Shown: positions 55,386 through 64,000 of the stretch, piece after piece
How the letters are laid out: the number at the start of each line of letters is the position of its first letter
Position numbering within the stretch: the first letter of the stretch is position 1
Assembly: GCA_964016885.1 (NCBI GenBank)
Contig: OZ024753.1
Location: 33,728,001-33,792,000, forward strand
Source of the DNA: Eledone cirrhosa
Taxonomy: Eukaryota
Reading direction: 5' to 3'
DNA: 64,000 nucleotides
Made by a program: the position numbers and the translations under genes
The notes under the pieces: model-generated
Told to the model about the DNA's origin: nothing
What the model saw: the letters and a program-made list of their open reading frames with translations, nothing else
Databases searched by the model: none

Positions 55386-58335
55386 TTCCCTTGCTTTTAT
55401 CGAGAATCTAATTGTAATACGTGACGTATTCTATTCTATAGCGATTAGGTCTTCAAAATGTTTATTATAAACATACAGAATATTTTCGAATATTCTATGT
55501 CTATATTCACATATATATCGCTATTTCAGAGCATTTATTCCAATTTCTAATTTCTGCCGGACCGGCAACCGCTCTTTCAAACCAGTTCCTGTACACAGCT
55601 AAGTATTCTATAAGTCTCTAGCTGTGTCATTCTCGATAAAAGCACTGGATATGTAGTCCTGATGATTTCTAACGAGAATGAAACGCGTAGATTACTTCCC
55701 TTGCTTTTATCGAGAATCTAATTGTAATACGTGACGTATTCTATTCTATAGCGATTAGGTCTTCAAAATGTTTATTATAAACATACAGAATATTTTCGAA
55801 TATTCTATGTCTATATTCACATATATATCGCTATTTCAGAGCATTTATTCCAATTTCTAATTTCTGCCGGACCGGCAACCGCTCTTTCAAACCAGTTCCT
55901 GTACACAGCTAAGTATTCTATAAGTCTCTAGCTGTGTCATTCTCGATAAAAGCACTGGATATGTAGTCCTGATGATTTCTAACGAGAATGAAACGCGTAG
56001 ATTACTTCCCTTGCTTTTATCGAGAATCTAATTGTAATACGTGACGTATTCTATTCTATAGCGATTAGGTCTTCAAAATGTTTATTATAAACATACAGAA
56101 TATTTTCGAATATTCTATGTCTATATTCACATATATATCGCTATTTCAGAGCATTTATTCCAATTTCTAATTTCTGCCGGACCGGCAACCGCTCTTTCAA
56201 ACCAGTTCCTGTACACAGCTAAGTATTCTATAAGTCTCTAGCTGTGTCATTCTCGATAAAAGCACTGGATATGTAGTCCTGATGATTTCTAACGAGAATG
56301 AAACGCGTAGATTACTTCCCTTGCTTTTATCGAGAATCTAATTGTAATACGTGACGTATTCTATTCTATAGCGATTAGGTCTTCAAAATGTTTATTATAA
56401 ACATACAGAATATTTTCGAATATTCTATGTCTATATTCACATATATATCGCTATTTCAGAGCATTTATTCCAATTTCTAATTTCTGCCGGACCGGCAACC
56501 GCTCTTTCAAACCAGTTCCTGTACACAGCTAAGTATTCTATAAGTCTCTAGCTGTGTCATTCTCGATAAAAGCACTGGATATGTAGTCCTGATGATTTCT
56601 ATCGAGAATGAAACGCGTAGATTACTTCCCTTGCTTTTATCGAGAATCTAATTGTAATACGTGACGTATTCTATTCTATAGCGATTCGGTCTTCAAAATG
56701 TTTATTATAAACATACAGAATATTTTCGAATATTCTATGTCTATATTCACATATATATCGCTATTTCAGAGCATTTATTCCAATTTCTAATTTCTGCCGG
56801 ACCGGCAACCGCTCTTTCAAACCAGTTCCTGTACACAGCTAAGTATTCTATAAGTCTCTAGCTGTGTCATTCTCGATAAAAGCACTGGATATGTAGTCCT
56901 GATGATTTCTAACGAGAATGAAACGCGTAGATTACTTCCCTTGCTTTTATCGAGAATCTAATTGTAATACGTGACGTATTCTATTCTATAGCGATTAGGT
57001 CTTCAAAATGTTTATTATAAACATACAGAATATTTTCGAATATTCTATGTCTATATTCACATATATATCGCTATTTCAGAGCATTTATTCCAATTTCTAA
57101 TTTCTGCCGGACCGGCAACCGCTCTTTCAAACCAGTTCCTGTACACAGCTAAGTATTCTATAAGTCTCTAGCTGTGTCATTCTCGATAAAAGCACTGGAT
57201 ATGTAGTCCTGATGATTTCTAACGAGAATGAAACGCGTAGATTACTTCCCTTGCTTTTATCGAGAATCTAATTGTAATACGTGACGTATTCTATTCTATA
57301 GCGATTAGGTCTTCAAAATGTTTATTATAAACATACAGAATATTTTCGAATATTCTATGTCTATATTCACATATATATCGCTATTTCAGAGCATTTATTC
57401 CAATTTCTAATTTCTGCCGGACCGGCAACCGCTCTTTCAAACCAGTTCCTGTACACAGCTAAGTATTCTATAAGTCTCTAGCTGTGTCATTCTCGATAAA
57501 AGCACTGGATATGTAGTCCTGATGATTTCTAACGAGAATGAAACGCGTAGATTACTTCCCTTGCTTTTATCGAGAATCTAATTGTAATACGTGACGTATT
57601 CTATTCTATAGCGATTAGGTCTTCAAAATGTTTATTATAAACATACAGAATATTTTCGAATATTCTATGTCTATATTCACATATATATCGCTATTTCAGA
57701 GCATTTATTCCAATTTCTAATTTCTGCCGGACCGGCAACCGCTCTTTCAAACCAGTTCCTGTACACAGCTAAGTATTCTATAAGTCTCTAGCTGTGTCAT
57801 TCTCGATAAAAGCACTGGATATGTAGTCCTGATGATTTCTAACGAGAATGAAACGCGTAGATTACTTCCCTTGCTTTTATCGAGAATCTAATTGTAATAC
57901 GTGACGTATTCTATTCTATAGCGATTAGGTCTTCAAAATGTTTATTATAAACATACAGAATATTTTCGAATATTCTATGTCTATATTCACATATATATCG
58001 CTATTTCAGAGCATTTATTCCAATTTCTAATTTCTGCCGGACCGGCAACCGCTCTTTCAAACCAGGTTCCTGTACACAGCTAAGTATTCTATAAGTCTCT
58101 AGCTGTGTCATTCTCGATAAAAGCACTGGATATGTAGTCCTGATGATTTCTAACGAGAATGAAACGCGTAGATTACTTCCCTTGCTTTTATCGAGAATCT
58201 AATTGTAATACGTGACGTATTCTATTCTATAGCGATTAGGTCTTCAAAATGTTTATTATAAACATACAGAATATTTTCGAATATTCTATGTCTATATTCA
58301 CATATATATCGCTATTTCAGAGCATTTATTCCAAT

Positions 58336-59351
<1,016 letters not shown>

Positions 59352-61366
59352 AAATATAAGTATGTACACGTACATACATATATGTATACCGACGTACAGT
59401 AGTATGTATATATATATATACATACATGCACACATATATATATGCACGTATGGATTCACCGAACATTTATTATAATGCTCGGTGTGTTTGTAAACAAACA
59501 TCCCGTATTAAGCCGTAGTGTCTAGCAACCACCGTTGCTCGTTTGTTCAACACTGACAAGGAACGCTGTACTAGTTTCAAGCTTGTTAGCTATCGTCAGC
59601 AACGTATACCTTCCTGCCAGATTGTTGAACGTATATACTTACCTTATGCATATTAACGGCTGAGTAGCCCAATATGCATATCGAGTGGGTTAATCGGCCG
59701 GGTGCACCGAAAACGATAAACGGAAAAAATGAAACGATATTTCATTTCCCACTCTTAGTACGGCTGTTACTTAAATATAAGTATGTACACGTACATACAT
59801 ATATGTATACCGACGTACAGTAGTATGTATATATATATATACATACATGCACACATATATATATGCACGTATGGATTCACCGAACATTTATTATAATGCT
59901 CGGTGTGTTTGTAAACAAACATCCCGTATTAAGCCGTAGTGTCTAGCAACCACCGTTGCTCGTTTGTTCAACACTGACAAAGGAACGCTGTACTAGTTTC
60001 AAGCTTGTTAGCTATCGTCAGCAACGTATACCTTCCTGCCAGATTGTTGAACGTATATACTTACCTTATGCATATTAACGGCTGAGTAGCCCAATATGCA
60101 TATCGAGTGGGTTAATCGGCCGGGTGCACCGAAAACGATAAACGGAAAAAATGAAACGATATTTCATTTCCCACTCTTAGTACGGCTGTTACTTAAATAT
60201 AAGTATGTACACGTACATACATATATGTATACCGACGTACAGTAGTATGTATATATATATATACATACATGCACACATATATATATGGTGGTTGCTAGAC
60301 ACTACGGCTTAATACGGGATGTTTGTTTACAAACACACCGAGCATTATAATAAATGTTCGGTGAATCCATACGTGCATATATATATGTGTGCATGTATGT
60401 ATATATATATATACATACTACTGTACGTCGGTATACATATATGTATGTACGTGTACATACTTATATTTAAGTAACAGCCGTACTAAGAGTGGGAAATGAA
60501 ATATCGTTTCATTTTTTCCGTTTATCGTTTTCGGTGCACCCGGCCGATTAACCCACTCGATATGCATATTGGGCTACTCAGCCGTTAATATGCATAAGGT
60601 AAGTATATACGTTCAACAATCTGGCAGGAAGGTATACGTTGCTGACGATAGCTAACAAGCTTGAAACTAGTACAGCGTTCCTTTGTCAGTGTTGAACAAA
60701 CGAGCAACGGTGGTTGCTAGACACTACGGCTTAATACGGGATGTTTGTTTACAAACACACCGAGCATTATAATAAATGTTCGGTGAATCCATACGTGCAT
60801 ATATATATGTGTGCATGTATGTATATATATATATACATACTACTGTACGTCGGTATACATATATGTATGTACGTGTACATACTTATATTTAAGTAACAGC
60901 CGTACTAAGAGTGGGAAATGAAATATCGTTTCATTTTTTCCGTTTATCGTTTTCGGTGCACCCGGCCGATTAACCCACTCGATATGCATATTGGGCTACT
61001 CAGCCGTTAATATGCATAAGGTAAGTATATACGTTCAACAATCTGGCAGGAAGGTATACGTTGCTGACGATAGCTAACAAGCTTGAAACTAGTACAGCGT
61101 TCCTTTGTCAGTGTTGAACAAACGAGCAACGGTGGTTGCTAGACACTACGGCTTAATACGGGATGTTTGTTTACAAACACACCGAGCATTATAATAAATG
61201 TTCGGTGAATCCATACGTGCATATATATATGTGTGCATGTATGTATATATATATATACATACTACTGTACGTCGGTATACATATATGTATGTACGTGTAC
61301 ATACTTATATTTAAGTAACAGCCGTACTAAGAGTGGGAAATGAAATATCGTTTCATTTTTTCCGTT
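59352..61366. mobile_element. Retrozyme-like tandem array B: 422-bp HHR-bearing unit, ~2.2 units (-) joined head-to-head at ~60287 to ~2.6 units (+)
   Basis: Near-identical units. HHRs at 59563-59605(-), 59985-60027(-), 60636-60678(+) and 61058-61100(+). Both ends in (TA)n. Confidence 0.9.
60636..60678 (+). ncRNA. Type I hammerhead ribozyme (array B representative)
   Basis: acgttg-CTGACGA-t-agct(aaca)agct-t-GAAA-ctag-TA-cagcgt. Helix I is extended by ctggca/tgtcag and gttcaaca/tgttgaac. Confidence 0.9.

Positions 61367-64000
<2,634 letters not shown>

Larger units (their letters stand above)
54844..58335. mobile_element. Retrozyme-like tandem array A: 310-bp HHR-bearing unit, ~1.4 units inverted (54844-55281, -) joined head-to-head to ~9.85 direct units (55282-58335, +)
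   Basis: Unit starts at 55282, 55592, 55902 ... 57762, 58073. Only about three differences seen across units. One HHR per unit; both ends run into (TA)n. Confidence 0.9.

Overview
This is an AT-rich, repeat-dominated animal genomic window. It is most likely an octopod cephalopod, inferred from the SINE families and the very long (TA)n/(TACA)n tracts. No intact protein-coding gene is supported: almost all long ORFs are microsatellite artefacts. Recognisable retroelement debris includes many tRNA-derived SINEs, an L1/Tx1-type LINE 3' end, a Dong/R4-type RLE 3' end, two bipartite RTE-derived elements and a mariner-like MITE. The main signal is a set of type I hammerhead ribozyme (HHR) elements inserted in (TA)n microsatellites. 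Two young, unrelated tandem arrays (310-bp unit at 54844-58335; 422-bp unit at 59352-61366) carry one HHR per unit and a head-to-head inversion, resembling non-LTR retrozymes or non-autonomous Penelope-like elements. At least four further complete solo HHRs and several decayed or half HHRs are scattered through the window. A family of ~200-bp palindromic elements is folded back exactly on the ribozyme's helix II. Three unrelated HHR families share a non-canonical U-U pair at the base of helix II. One inversion breakpoint coincides with the predicted self-cleavage site. All structures were read by eye; no folding or database search was run.
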